Positions 18,301-27,318 of a DNA stretch of 64,000 nucleotides are shown here, piece by piece (positions within the stretch are counted from its first letter, which is position 1; the number at the start of each line of letters is the position of its first letter). The DNA is taken from contig DATKRK010000356.1 in assembly GCA_035532215.1 (NCBI GenBank), forward strand, positions 1,682 through 65,681, given 5' to 3'. The stretch is from Pirellulales bacterium. GTDB lineage: Bacteria > Planctomycetota > Planctomycetia > Pirellulales > JAICIG01. The notes beneath the pieces were generated by a model that had not been told where the DNA came from, made no database searches, and was given only the letters and a program-made list of their open reading frames with translations. Made by a program: the position numbers and the translations under genes.

Positions 18301-18835
18301 TCTCGTTTCGCTCAAGGAAGCGGTGCAGCCCGTGACGCAGTTCCGCGTGCTCGGGCCCTTCGCCAGCCCCGACCTGAAGGGCGTTGATAAGGATTACGGC
18401 ATCGAAAGCCAACTTGCCGCGCCCGACCTGAACTTGAAGCGCACGGGCGCCGACGGCAAGCCGGTGCGCTGGGAGCTAGTCGAGATCGATCCGTCGCTCG
18501 GTTTTCCCGGCGTCGATCAGGTGAAATACGCTCGCCAACGCCGCGTGCGAGGCGAGGCCGTAACGAACTATTTTCTGGTCTTCGCCGACAGCGCGGCGGA
18601 TCAAGACGTTTCGCTGTTGTTGGGCAGCGACGATAGTTGCAAGGTCTGGGTCAACGGCCGACAGGTCCACGAGTATCGCGGCAATCGGGCGCTCGCGCCC
18701 GGCGCCGATCAGGTCAAGGCGCCGCTCAAGAGCGGTCGCAACGCGATCGTCGTCAAGGTCGAGAACCACCAAGGCCCCGGCGGCGTAAGCCTGTCGATCG
18801 GCAGTCAGGCGAACGTGCAATTGCGGACGGAATAA
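15362..18835 (+). CDS. PVC-type heme-binding CxxCH protein: membrane-bound dehydrogenase-like beta-propeller domain + HEAT repeats + cytochrome c domain + C-terminal beta-sandwich
   Basis: 1157 aa with a signal peptide. The N-terminus reads LKVPQGIEISLFASEPLITNPAAIDVDTHGRVWVAE. HEAT-like repeats include PEVRREVLLAL and PNAEVRKAAV. The heme site is QCKNCHRVRGNGNTVGPDLSQIG, followed by SLMPE. Confidence 0.88.
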   Translation: MPSRSFLPCLLAFGFWAVLGLPAQAKKSPEEELKSLKVPQGIEISLFASEPLITNPAAIDVDTHGRVWVAEIQNYRKAKEPTEKIKVLEDTDGDGKADKVTVFADDLFAPMSICVAGDKVYVATSPDLWVYEDKNGDLKADGPPKKLLTGFGGKNHDHGAHSLVLGPDHKWWMSHGDTGFDVTGTDGSQIKFRWGAVLRGELDGGKLETAAVNFRNPYEVCVSSFGEPYCSDNDNDGNFSVRICWIMEGGDYGWFGGPPPKVPPGTPFGEHWHFRGHIPGYVPATLVTGFGSPCGICYYEGDAFGAAFKNMPLHADAGPREVRMYPHQNAGYGQKAASRVWISSKDDNYFRPDDICAAPDGSLFVSDWYDGGVGGHAYNNPDQGRIFLVRPSGKKLARVGKPGPYANTADAIEGLKSPNLATQYLARERLLAEGQASVRALKALLMAEDPNFGARAMWVLDRIGGEARKLVVEALKSPDAAFRALAVRILRRHGAEHGEALLAMADDASPEVRREVLLALPKLAGSQAEGVLVKLASTYDGSDRYQLEAINIAAGERKAELYADLEKAGRLSIDKIQLMQVLNPKAAAEFVVKSLSAPSVDDAQRIRLLTHLAGIPSVEAAQAVLKLAADGKANDEIRQLALKMLSANLAGAWKDLKGHPELAAGIKTLLGDNSMQRAALAAIGENQLGNLGQEVLALATSDKNASAARRKAIEIAAQLRFGGAAAALEKLSSDPNAEVRKAAVAGLVDLQDWPAIKKLLAQDAVPPDVQSDVVSRSMATSAGALVLLKAIDDKSLAEPLTKAAIALATKHPDSNVRVLYEKFIPEAERPQRLGEAIKPAELLAMKADEKRGEQIFFRSSAAQCKNCHRVRGNGNTVGPDLSQIGKKYERGTLLETILDPSKAIAPEYVPYLLETESGQVYVGYVAEKTDERVVLKDAQGKLVSVAAAEIETLEPQQKSLMPELVLRDVTAQDAADLLAFLVSLKEAVQPVTQFRVLGPFASPDLKGVDKDYGIESQLAAPDLNLKRTGADGKPVRWELVEIDPSLGFPGVDQVKYARQRRVRGEAVTNYFLVFADSAADQDVSLLLGSDDSCKVWVNGRQVHEYRGNRALAPGADQVKAPLKSGRNAIVVKVENHQGPGGVSLSIGSQANVQLRTE

Positions 18836-18852
18836 TTACCAGAAAAACCGCC

Positions 18853-19332
18853 ATGAAAAACCGCTCGCGATATCGCTTGTATCTGGCAGGCGTTTTAGGC
18901 GCAATTTTTTTGCCGCTAGGCGGCTGCGGCGCCGCCGCTTCGCCCGAGCAGCCGGTGATCGCGGCCATCGAACAGCTCGGCGGCAGCGTCCGCCGCGACA
19001 AGGGCCATGTGGTCAAAGTCGATCTGCACAAGGGCCGAGCGACGGAGTCCGACCTGGAACAGCTCGAAAAACTGGCCCATCTCGACCGGCTCTATCTGCC
19101 CCCGGCGGCCAACGATGCCTGGCTGGCCCATTTGCAAGGCCTGAACGAGCTGACCAAGCTCGATTTGCAATACACCCAAGTCACCGATGCCGGGCTGGCC
19201 CAGTTAGCGAGCCTGCCGAAGCTCGTGCAACTCTACACCTACGGCAGCCAGGTCACCGCCGCTGGCATCGAGCAACTGCAGAAAGCCCGGCCTCAGTTGA
19301 CGGTCGAGGTTTTCCCGATCGAACGACCGTGA
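18853..19332 (+). CDS. Leucine-rich-repeat lipoprotein
   Basis: Internal ATG gives MKNRSRYRLYLAGVLGAIFLPLGGC (lipobox). LRR units include LTKLDLQYTQVTDAGLAQLASLPKLVQLYTYGSQVT. Confidence 0.7.
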   Translation: MKNRSRYRLYLAGVLGAIFLPLGGCGAAASPEQPVIAAIEQLGGSVRRDKGHVVKVDLHKGRATESDLEQLEKLAHLDRLYLPPAANDAWLAHLQGLNELTKLDLQYTQVTDAGLAQLASLPKLVQLYTYGSQVTAAGIEQLQKARPQLTVEVFPIERP

Positions 19333-19478
19333 ACCTAAACTCTTCTTCATCTTGAATTGACCGTCGGCGGCGCAGCGACTAGGCTCTGGAAGAACGAAGG
19401 CGGAAAAGCCGAGGGGAGCGATCTTGTTACAATGACTGCCGAATTGATGTCAAATCTGTTGCGCCGGCCTCTCCTGCC

Positions 19479-19773
19479 TGCCACCAGCTTTAGCGGGTGG
19501 TTTTTGGCGGACGAGGCAATTCGCCAAGCCGGGGCAATTACGGGTTCCTCTTCTCTGTTGCGGCTGCCGCAGGCGCCGTTGGCGGCAAGCAGAGCTGCGT
19601 CGAGAACGATAACATGCGACCGAAGTGCGCAACTGAGAACCGCCTGGAACAGAGAAGAGGAACCCGTAATCCAATGCGGCGGCAAGGACAGGGAGATCCC
19701 GGCGATGATTTCTCGCATCAAAAAGAGCGAGATGGAGCGTAGGAAAGCAGGACGTTCTCTAAAGCTGGCGGCG
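19479..19773. repeat. Repeat family F element (ends related to the 30-nt TIR TGCCACCAGCTTTAGAGATCGTCCTGCTTT)
   Basis: Left end TGCCACCAGCTTTAG (19479-19493) matches 55821-55835 at 15/15. Right end AAAGCAGGACGTTCTCTAAAGCTGGCGGCG (19744-19773) matches the reverse complement of 55821-55850 at 27/30. It ends 12 nt before the adaptor gene ATG. Confidence 0.6.
19537..19670. repeat. Repeat family E: perfect 23-bp inverted repeat flanking an 88-nt core
   Basis: ATTACGGGTTCCTCTTCTCTGTT (19537-19559) pairs with AACAGAGAAGAGGAACCCGTAAT (19648-19670). The same 21-nt arm recurs at 43597-43715. Confidence 0.9.
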
Positions 19774-19785
19774 ATCAGGTCGAGC

Positions 19786-21051
19786 ATGAATTCTTCGCCG
19801 CGCCGGCTCTTCGCGGCGTCGCTATTGATGTTGGCGGCCGCGACCGGCTGCCAGCGTCCGGCTCATAGCGCGACCAAGGCGGAACCGCCGGCCAAAGTCG
19901 CGCAAACGGCCAACGAAACGAAACTCAACACCGTCGAACTCACGCCGGAAGCCGAGACGCGGCTGGGGCTCGAGACGGCGGCGGTCGAATCGCGGCGCGT
20001 TGCGCGGCAGCGGACTTACGGCGGCGAAATCACGCTGCCCACGGGCGCTTCGCTGGTCGTATTGGCGCCGATCAACGGCACGCTGAAGCCGGCCAAGACC
20101 GACAAACCGCTGGCTGTCGGCGAGAAAGTCGCCCGCGGGCAGTCGGTGTTCGTGCTTTCGCCGCTGTTGTCGCCCGAGCGCGACGTGCTGACGCCCGCAG
20201 AGAGGGTGGCCTACGCCCAGGCCCAGATGCAGCTTTCGCAGGCCCAGGTCGATGCCGAGGGACAATTGCAGCAGGCCAAGGTGCAAGTCGACGCGGCGCA
20301 AATCGCGCTCGATCGCGCCGAGCGCTTGCTCCGCGAGCAGTCCGGCACTGCCCGGGTGGTCGACGAAGGCCGGGCGCAGCTCGAATTGGCGCAGAAGACG
20401 CACGAGGCCGCCAGCGCCCGCAAGCAGTTGGTCGACAGCGTCAAGCTCGACGCCGAGAGCGGCCAGGCCGAGCCGCTGGCGATTCCTTCGCCGCGCGAGG
20501 GCATCATCCGCGCCGAGTTCGCGGCGCCCGGCGAGGTCGTGCCGGCCGGGGCGCCACTGTTCGAAGTGGTGGATCTCGACCGCGTCTGGGTTCGCGTGCC
20601 GGTCTACGCGGGCGAGGTGGCCGAGGTTTCGCAGTCGGCGCCGGCGCAAGTGAAAGGCCTGTCCGAGCCGCCTGGATCGCCGGGATTAACGGCACGGCCG
20701 GTTAGCGCTCCGCCGACGGCCGTGCCGCAAGCGGCCGCCGTCGACTTGTATTACGAACTGGAGAACCGCGACGGCAAGTTCCGCCCCGGTCAGCGCGTGA
20801 GCGCAACCCTGACGCTCGAAGCCCAGCAAGACAGCCTGGGCATCCCTTGGTCGGCGGTCGTGCAAGATATTTACGGCGGCACGTGGGTCTACGAGCAAAC
20901 GGCCGAACACACCTTCGTCCGCCGCCGCGTCGAAGTTCCCTACGTCGTCGACAACTGGGCCGTGCTCTCGGCCGGGCCTGCCGAGGGCGCCAAGATCGTC
21001 ACCGCCGGCGTGGCGGAATTGTTCGGGGCGGAATTTGGGTTTGGAAAGTAA
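19786..21051 (+). CDS. Efflux RND transporter periplasmic adaptor subunit (HlyD/MFP family), lipoprotein
   Basis: Internal ATG gives MNSSPRRLFAASLLMLAAATGC (lipobox). Also present are a coiled-coil hairpin (AQMQLSQAQVDAEGQLQQAKVQVDAAQIALDRAERL) and a beta-barrel (APLFEVVDLDRVWVRVPVY). The ORF portion upstream of 19786 is repeat sequence. Confidence 0.88.
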   Translation: MNSSPRRLFAASLLMLAAATGCQRPAHSATKAEPPAKVAQTANETKLNTVELTPEAETRLGLETAAVESRRVARQRTYGGEITLPTGASLVVLAPINGTLKPAKTDKPLAVGEKVARGQSVFVLSPLLSPERDVLTPAERVAYAQAQMQLSQAQVDAEGQLQQAKVQVDAAQIALDRAERLLREQSGTARVVDEGRAQLELAQKTHEAASARKQLVDSVKLDAESGQAEPLAIPSPREGIIRAEFAAPGEVVPAGAPLFEVVDLDRVWVRVPVYAGEVAEVSQSAPAQVKGLSEPPGSPGLTARPVSAPPTAVPQAAAVDLYYELENRDGKFRPGQRVSATLTLEAQQDSLGIPWSAVVQDIYGGTWVYEQTAEHTFVRRRVEVPYVVDNWAVLSAGPAEGAKIVTAGVAELFGAEFGFGK

Positions 21052-21062
21052 GTAGATTGGCG

Positions 21063-21134
21063 GGGCGCCTGGCGGCAGAGCGCAGCGATGCCCCAGCAAC
21101 CTGGGGCTTCGCCTAGGCTCGGCCCCAGCCACCC
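21063..21134. repeat. Repeat family B (72-nt palindromic element, reverse orientation) in the adaptor-pump intergenic spacer
   Basis: Reverse complement reads GGGTGGCTGGGGCCGAGCCTAGGCGAAGCCCCAGGTTGCTGGGGCATCGCTGCGCTCTGCCGCCAGGCGCCC. Related copies lie at 35344-35415, 39798-39870 and 36246-36283 (partial). Confidence 0.85.
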
Positions 21135-21155
21135 GCTTGCCCTTTGGAACAAAGC

Positions 21156-24100
21156 ATGACCTGGCTCGTCTCCACTTCGCTGCGGCTTCGCGTGCTGGTG
21201 CTCGCCGTCTCGGCGCTGTTGATCGTGTTCGGCGTTCAGACGCTCAAGACCAGCCCGCTCGACGTGTTTCCGGAGTTCGCGCCGCCGATGGTCGAAATTC
21301 AGACCGAGGCGCCGGGCTTATCGACCGTCGAAGTCGAGAGCATGATCAGCATGCCGCTGGAAAACGCGCTGAACGGCACGCCGTTCTTGCAGACGATCCG
21401 CTCGAAATCGGTGCTGGGGCTGTCGAGCGTGAAGCTGGTCTTCGAGGAAGGGACCGACCTGATCCGCGCGCGGCAGTTGGTGCAAGAGCGGCTGTCGGTC
21501 GAAGCCGCGCGGCTGCCGGTGGTCGCCAGGCCGCCGGTGATGATGTCGCCCCATTCGTCGACCGCCCGCGTGCTGAAAATCGGCGTGACGTCGAAGAAGC
21601 TGTCGCAGATGGACCTGACGATCCTGGCCCGCTGGACGATCCGCCCGCACCTGATGGCCATTCCCGGCGTGGCCAACGTGGCGATCTGGGGGCAGCGCGA
21701 CCGGCAATTCCAGGTGCTGGTCGATCCCGACCGTCTGCGGGCCCACCAGGTGACGCTGGCCGACGTCGAACGGGCGGCGGCCGATGCGGCCACGCTCAGC
21801 GGCGGCGGCTTCGTTGATACGCCCAACCAGCGCTTGCCGGTGCGGCAGCTCACCGGCATCCGCGACCCCGAAGACATCGCCGACACGATCGTCGGCTTCC
21901 GCGGGGGGGCCCCGCTCAGGATCGGCGACGTGGCCGACGTGGTCGAAGGCTTTCCGGCCCCGATCGGCGACGCCGTGATCGACGACGGCCCCGGTTTATT
22001 GTTGATCGTCGAGAAGCAGCCCTGGGGCAACACGCTCGACATCACGCGCAACGTCGAACAGACGATCGACCTGTTGCGGCCCGGGCTGGCCGACGTGAAG
22101 CTCGATACGACGATCTTTCGTCCGGCCACGTTCATCGAACGCTCGCTCGACAATCTCTCGCACGCGATGCTCGTCGGTTGCGTGCTGGTGATCGTGGTGC
22201 TGGTCGCGTTTCTGTTCGATTGGCGAACCTCGATCATCAGCGTCACGGCGATTCCGCTCTCGCTGGTCGCCGCCGCGCTGGTGCTGCACTACTGGGGCGG
22301 CACGACGATCAACACGATGGTCATCGCAGGGCTGGTCATCGCCCTGGGCGAAGTGGTCGACGACGCGATCATCGACGTCGAAAACATCTTGCGGCGGCTG
22401 AAGCTGAACCAGCAGGCCGCCGAGCCGCTGCCGGCCTATCAAGTCGTGCTGGCCGCCTCGCTCGAAGTCCGCAGCGCCGTCGTTTACGCCAGCCTGATCG
22501 TGACCTTGGTCTTCGTGCCGGTGCTGTTTTTGGAAGGGCTTCCTGGCTCGTTCTTCCGCCCCCTGGCCATTTCTTACATGCTGGCGATCCTGGCCTCGCT
22601 GTTGGTCGCGCTGACCGTCACGCCCGCCATGTCGCTGCTGTTGCTGCCTGGCGCCGCCCACCGCCGGCACGAGGCGCCGCTGACCGTCTGGCTCAAAAAC
22701 GCCTATCGCCGCATGCTGCCGTTTTTCGTCGTGCGGCCGAGGTCGGCCGTGGCCGCGATCACCGGGCTGTTTGCGCTCAGCCTGTTCGCCGTCTCGACGC
22801 TGGGCGAGGAGTTCCTGCCCGACTTCAAAGAGACCGATTTTCTGATGCACTGGATCGAAAAGCCCGGCACTTCGCTGGAGGCCATGACGCGGATCACGAC
22901 TCGCGTCAGCAAGGACCTGCGGAAGATCGACGGCGTGCGGAATTTCGGTTCGCACATCGGCCGGGCCGAAGTGGCCGACGAGGTCGTCGGGCCGAACTTC
23001 ACCGAGTTGTGGATCAGCGTCGAACCGACCGCCGATCTCGATGCCACCGTCGCCAAGATTCAACGGACCGTCGACAGCTATCCGGGCCTGTATCGCGACG
23101 TGTTGACTTATCTCAAGGAGAGCATCAAGGAGGTGCTGACCGGCGCCAAGGCCACGATCGTGGTTCGCATCTTCGGCCCCGATCTGGCCACGTTACGCGC
23201 CAAGGCCGAAGAAGTGTTTGGCCAGATCGAGAATATCGAAGGCGTCCACACGCCGAAGGTCGAGCCGCAAACGCTGGTGCCTCAGTTACAAGTTCGCCTG
23301 CGGCCCGAAGCGGCGGCCCAGTACGGTTTCACGCCCGGTCACGTCCGCCGGGCGGTCGAAACGCTGGTCCGCGGCACACAGGTGGGCGAGGTGTACTACG
23401 ACCAAAAAAGCTTCGCCGTGGTGGTCTGGGGCAAGCCTGAGTTGCGCAGCGACTTGTCGGCCTTGCGGCGGCTGCCGATCGATCTGCCCGCCGGCGGCGC
23501 CCCGACGCCGAACCCGCCGCGAGCGGGCGCGGCGCCCGGGCCCAACGGAGCCGCAGGCGCGGCGGCCAATCCCGGCAGTTTGGGCCTGGCGGCCGGCACG
23601 ATGAACGGCTACGTGCCGCTAGGCGACATTGCCGACGTCGAAACCGTGCCCACGCCGAACGAAGTCTTGCGAGAATCGGTCTCGCGCCGCATCGACGTGA
23701 CCTGTAACGTGCAAGGCCGCGACTTGGGCTCCGTCGCGCGGGAAATCGAAGACCGCGTCAAGCAACTCTCGTTCGAGCGCGGCTATCACCCGGAGTTTCT
23801 CGGCGAGTACGCGGCCCGGCAGGAATCGCGGCGCCGTCTGTTCGCCTTGGCCGCCCTGTCGCTGGTCGGCATTTTGCTGTTGCTGCACGTCGACTTTCAA
23901 TCGTGGCGCCTGACGCTGTTGGTGGCGCTGACGATTCCTTTTGCCCTGGTTGGCGGCGTGTTCGCCGCGGCGCTGGCCGGCGGCGTGTTGTCGCTCGGTT
24001 CGCTGGTCGGCTTCGTCACCGTACTGGGCATCGCCGCCCGCAATGGAATCATGCTCGTCAGCCATTACCGGCACCTGGAAGAAATTGAAGGCGAAAGCTT

Positions 24101-24338
24101 CGGGCTCGGCCTGGTGATGCGCGGCAGCGAAGAGCGGTTGGCGCCAATCTTGATGACCGTGCTGACCACCAGCCTGGCGCTTGCGCCGCTGGTGGTCGGC
24201 GGCAATCTGCCAGGGCACGAGATCGAATACCCGATGGCAGTCGTCATTCTCGGCGGCCTGGCGACTTCGACGGTATTGAATCTCTTTTTACTGCCGCCGA
24301 TCTATCTGGCTTTCGGCCGCAACACCGATGCTGCCTGA
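21156..24338 (+). CDS. Efflux RND transporter permease, CusA/CzcA heavy-metal-efflux family
   Basis: About 1060 aa with 12-TM RND architecture. The N-terminus reads [54 protein letters not shown]. Other motifs are [18 protein letters not shown] and a Gly/Pro/Ala-rich insert ([30 protein letters not shown]). Confidence 0.93.
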   Translation: MTWLVSTSLRLRVLVLAVSALLIVFGVQTLKTSPLDVFPEFAPPMVEIQTEAPGLSTVEVESMISMPLENALNGTPFLQTIRSKSVLGLSSVKLVFEEGTDLIRARQLVQERLSVEAARLPVVARPPVMMSPHSSTARVLKIGVTSKKLSQMDLTILARWTIRPHLMAIPGVANVAIWGQRDRQFQVLVDPDRLRAHQVTLADVERAAADAATLSGGGFVDTPNQRLPVRQLTGIRDPEDIADTIVGFRGGAPLRIGDVADVVEGFPAPIGDAVIDDGPGLLLIVEKQPWGNTLDITRNVEQTIDLLRPGLADVKLDTTIFRPATFIERSLDNLSHAMLVGCVLVIVVLVAFLFDWRTSIISVTAIPLSLVAAALVLHYWGGTTINTMVIAGLVIALGEVVDDAIIDVENILRRLKLNQQAAEPLPAYQVVLAASLEVRSAVVYASLIVTLVFVPVLFLEGLPGSFFRPLAISYMLAILASLLVALTVTPAMSLLLLPGAAHRRHEAPLTVWLKNAYRRMLPFFVVRPRSAVAAITGLFALSLFAVSTLGEEFLPDFKETDFLMHWIEKPGTSLEAMTRITTRVSKDLRKIDGVRNFGSHIGRAEVADEVVGPNFTELWISVEPTADLDATVAKIQRTVDSYPGLYRDVLTYLKESIKEVLTGAKATIVVRIFGPDLATLRAKAEEVFGQIENIEGVHTPKVEPQTLVPQLQVRLRPEAAAQYGFTPGHVRRAVETLVRGTQVGEVYYDQKSFAVVVWGKPELRSDLSALRRLPIDLPAGGAPTPNPPRAGAAPGPNGAAGAAANPGSLGLAAGTMNGYVPLGDIADVETVPTPNEVLRESVSRRIDVTCNVQGRDLGSVAREIEDRVKQLSFERGYHPEFLGEYAARQESRRRLFALAALSLVGILLLLHVDFQSWRLTLLVALTIPFALVGGVFAAALAGGVLSLGSLVGFVTVLGIAARNGIMLVSHYRHLEEIEGESFGLGLVMRGSEERLAPILMTVLTTSLALAPLVVGGNLPGHEIEYPMAVVILGGLATSTVLNLFLLPPIYLAFGRNTDAA

Positions 24339-24346
24339 GCATACTG

Positions 24347-24427
24347 GCGAGCCGGAGGCGTGAGCCTCCGTGTCGTCGCGAGGCGCCATAGCGTCGCACA
24401 ACCGGAGGCTTACGCCTCCGGCTCGCC
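24347..24427. repeat. Repeat family A: two inverted copies of the hairpin element CCGGAGGC-NNNN-GCCTCCGGCTCGCC
   Basis: 24347-24370 is GGCGAGCCGGAGGCGTGAGCCTCCG (reverse orientation). 24402-24427 is CCGGAGGCTTACGCCTCCGGCTCGCC. The spacer follows the pump gene stop. Confidence 0.85.
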
Positions 24428-24619
24428 GTTTCATTTCCGGCTCGCCGTTTTATGGCGAGCTTTCGCACACCAAGCGCGCCATCGGGCTCGGGCGACGGTT
24501 CGCGATGGCCGTATCATGCGGTCTGCAGCTTTGGCACGTTTTCTGCGGTTTGCGAGATAGGCGTACAAAACGCGCCGTAACCTTGGAAGGGTTGAAGCCT
24601 TGGCCACAGGAGAACCGCC

Positions 24620-25141
24620 ATGCGAGTCCTGACGCTCTCGATGCTTTTGGCTTTGTTCGCCTGGCAGATGAGGCCGGCCGTGGCTCAAAATCCGGCGGGC
24701 GCTCGATCCGCGGCGGTCGCGAGTGCGCGGCAGTCCATGCCGATGGTCCTGCCTAGTCTCGACGGAACCAACAATCCCGGCAACCCGAATCTTCCACCCG
24801 TTTTGCCTCAATCGCGCTACCGTTATCAATCTGGCCACTGGTGGTATCGCAGTCCGAGCGGGCTTACCTCGGCTGGGAGAGGCCGCGAAATGGAAGAGTA
24901 CGAGCCGCCCGTCTACGGACAGTGGTCTAGAAATGGGCTCCGCCCGTCGGCGTTCAGCCACTATTCGTTCGGGTATCGTCCGCAGTGGAATCCGTATAGC
25001 GGCTATAGCTACGGGTATAACGGAGGCTTCGGCAGGAGCTTGTACGGGCGCGGAAACGGCTATTATGGCTTGAAGAACGGGTACCTCGGCTTCGGCGGAA
25101 ACGGGTACTTCAGCAACGGCGCTTACAGCACCGGCAACTAG
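24620..25141 (+). CDS. Secreted Gly/Tyr/Asn-rich hypothetical protein
   Basis: 173 aa. The signal peptide is MRVLTLSMLLALFAWQMRPAVAQ. The C-terminus is low complexity (YSYGYNGGFGRSLYGRGNGYYGLKNGYLGFGGNGYFSNGAYSTGN). Confidence 0.6.
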   Translation: MRVLTLSMLLALFAWQMRPAVAQNPAGARSAAVASARQSMPMVLPSLDGTNNPGNPNLPPVLPQSRYRYQSGHWWYRSPSGLTSAGRGREMEEYEPPVYGQWSRNGLRPSAFSHYSFGYRPQWNPYSGYSYGYNGGFGRSLYGRGNGYYGLKNGYLGFGGNGYFSNGAYSTGN

Positions 25142-25390
25142 GCGGCAGCCGATCCAGGGCCTGCATCCTAGATAAGTTCGGCCTAATCGGCGCTTCGCGA
25201 CTCATCGTAAGCGGCGTCTTGCGCCGACAATCTCGTAGGGTGCCGTATCGGCTGGAATGTTCAGAAATCGCGCCAGGTTTTGAGCATTTCACGCAGCCGG
25301 CAAGTTGCTCCTAATCGCTAAATCTTACCGCGGCCATAGAACCTTCATGCGGGGCGAGGCAACTGCGCCACGCTGACGAGGACGATTATC

Positions 25391-27109
25391 GTGAACAAGC
25401 TACGCAACATCCTGGCGGTTTTCATTGCGACCGCGCCGCTGTTCGCCCAGCGCGGCAGCGGCCAGGAGCGCGCCGGGCCGCTCCTTCCGCGACTGCCGGT
25501 CATTTCGCCGACCAACAACGTACGCTTGCGGGCGCCGGTGGCGGTGGTCGATCGAGCGCGCGGCCCCGAACGCGCCCGGCAATACCAGGCGTCGCCTCGC
25601 GACCGCGTCGCCTCCTCGCAGCCCGCTCTTTCTCCTCCTCCTCCGCCGGGCCAGGCGCCAACGTCGTCAAGGGCCTACCGCCTGCCCGGCTCGCCCTCGG
25701 CGCCGCCGCTCGATGGAGGGCCGGGCGCCCCCGCCCGGCAACAAGCGCGGGTCGATTCGCAAGCGTATCTGCTGACGCTTCCGCGGGCCTTCGAACTGGC
25801 CTTGACGCAAAACCCCGACGTGGTGGCGCAACGCGCCGCGGAAGGGGTCGGCGCGGCGGCAATCGGCGTCGCTCGCCGCTATCCGTTCAATCCGTTCTTT
25901 CAGTTCCAAGCCACGCCTTACCAGCAGGCGCCTGCGTCGGCCATCGCGGTCGAACCGAACGCGGCGAGCAAGACTTTTCAATATTACCTGGTGATGGTTA
26001 ACTTCGAACTGGCGCACCAACGGCGTTACCGCGAACGCAACGCGACGGCCTCGCTCTCCGGAGTGCGCTGGACGATCCAGCAGGTAGAACTGCAAAGCCT
26101 GGCGCTGACCGAGCAATTGTTCTTTACCGCGCTCTACCGCCGCGGCCTGCGCGATCTGGCTCGGGCGAACGCCGAGTTGAACGACTCGCTGCTGTCGATC
26201 CTCCAGAGCCAGTTGGCCGCCGGTCAGGCGTCGGCCGCCGACGTGGCGATGGTCCGGCTCGATACGCGTTCGACCTTGCAGCAACAGCGGCTGGCCGAGA
26301 CGAACTATCAGACGGCGCTGTTGGACCTGGGCCGGCAACTCAACATCTCGCCGCGCGTGCCGATGCAGTTGGTCGGCGAGATGCAGGACTGGCAATGGAT
26401 GCCCGCCAGCGGCGCCCACCTGTCGCGGGTGGTCGGATTGCGCAGCGCGATCCCCAATACGGCCGACGTGGAAACCATCGCCGAGGAACTGGCCCGCGGC
26501 CGGCCCGACGTGCTCGCCGCGCAAGCCAACATCACGGCCGCTCGGGCGAACATCAGTCTCGCTCAGGCGAACCGGCTGCCGACGTTGCAAGTCGGTCCTT
26601 ACTATCAATCCGACGATTTCGGCATCAAGTATTTCGGCTTTCGCGGCCATATTCAGACGCCGGCGATCAACGGCGGGCTGCCGCTGGTCCGCCAGCGCAA
26701 CGCTGAAATGCGGCAGCAGCGGATCACCCACGAGCAACTGCAGGCTCGCGCCAAGCTGGAGGCCCTGAGCGCCATCGACCGCTACGAGCGGGCCCGCCGG
26801 CTAGTGGAAGAAACCGGCGCCGAGTCGCAGTTCGACGTGCCGATCGAATTGAAAAAGCTCGAAGAGCAGTTCCTTGCCGGGGAAGTCGATGCGATGCTGA
26901 TCTTCAATGCGCGAACGAGCCTGATTCGTTTCCAGCAAGCCAATCTCGACATGCTCAACGAGGCGGCGCAAGCCGCCGCGGTCGTGACCCTCGCGACCGG
27001 CCTGCCGCCCGACGCCTTGGTGCAAGCCGTCGCGCGCGATGCTCGCGAGCCCATGCCTCCGCCTCCTCTGCCGCCGCTCGAGCAGCCGCAACCGCGCAGA
27101 TCGCGGTAG
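25391..27109 (+). CDS. TolC-family outer membrane efflux protein
   Basis: 572 aa with a GTG start and signal peptide. A Pro-rich linker comes first, then OEP repeats (LTLPRAFELALTQNPDVVAQRAA, RPDVLAAQANITAARANISLAQANRLP). Confidence 0.85.
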   Translation: MNKLRNILAVFIATAPLFAQRGSGQERAGPLLPRLPVISPTNNVRLRAPVAVVDRARGPERARQYQASPRDRVASSQPALSPPPPPGQAPTSSRAYRLPGSPSAPPLDGGPGAPARQQARVDSQAYLLTLPRAFELALTQNPDVVAQRAAEGVGAAAIGVARRYPFNPFFQFQATPYQQAPASAIAVEPNAASKTFQYYLVMVNFELAHQRRYRERNATASLSGVRWTIQQVELQSLALTEQLFFTALYRRGLRDLARANAELNDSLLSILQSQLAAGQASAADVAMVRLDTRSTLQQQRLAETNYQTALLDLGRQLNISPRVPMQLVGEMQDWQWMPASGAHLSRVVGLRSAIPNTADVETIAEELARGRPDVLAAQANITAARANISLAQANRLPTLQVGPYYQSDDFGIKYFGFRGHIQTPAINGGLPLVRQRNAEMRQQRITHEQLQARAKLEALSAIDRYERARRLVEETGAESQFDVPIELKKLEEQFLAGEVDAMLIFNARTSLIRFQQANLDMLNEAAQAAAVVTLATGLPPDALVQAVARDAREPMPPPPLPPLEQPQPRRSR

Positions 27110-27318
27110 CTTTGGATCGCGTTCGGCTCGGCGATGGCGCGAAATTGCGTATGGGCGGAGAATTGAAACAGAAGGCAACGCAGGGAACCAAGGATTGAGA
27201 AAGGGGAGAGAGAGCAAGTAGAAACGTTGGCAATCCCCTGCATTCCCTGTTTCTTGGTTTGCTTCGTTTGCTTCTGTTCGGTTTGTCAAGCCGCGCAGGA
27301 CTAAGGTTAAGTTGCCGA

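Noticed and set aside
19537-19670. Interpreting the conserved-arm hairpins as attC sites, retron msr/msd repeats or a two-repeat CRISPR
   Set aside because: The arms are perfect and inverted, whereas attC sites are imperfect with extrahelical bases and CRISPR repeats are direct. No reverse transcriptase, integrase or cas gene is nearby.
27150-27300. Long imperfect inverted repeat (GAAACAGAAGGCAACGCAGGGAACCAAGG / CCCTGTTTCTTGGTTTGCTTCGTTTGCTTCTGTT) between TolC and the convergent membrane-protein gene
   Set aside because: Pairing is too imperfect by hand alignment to call a repeat element. It is probably just a bidirectional terminator region and is not reported as a feature.
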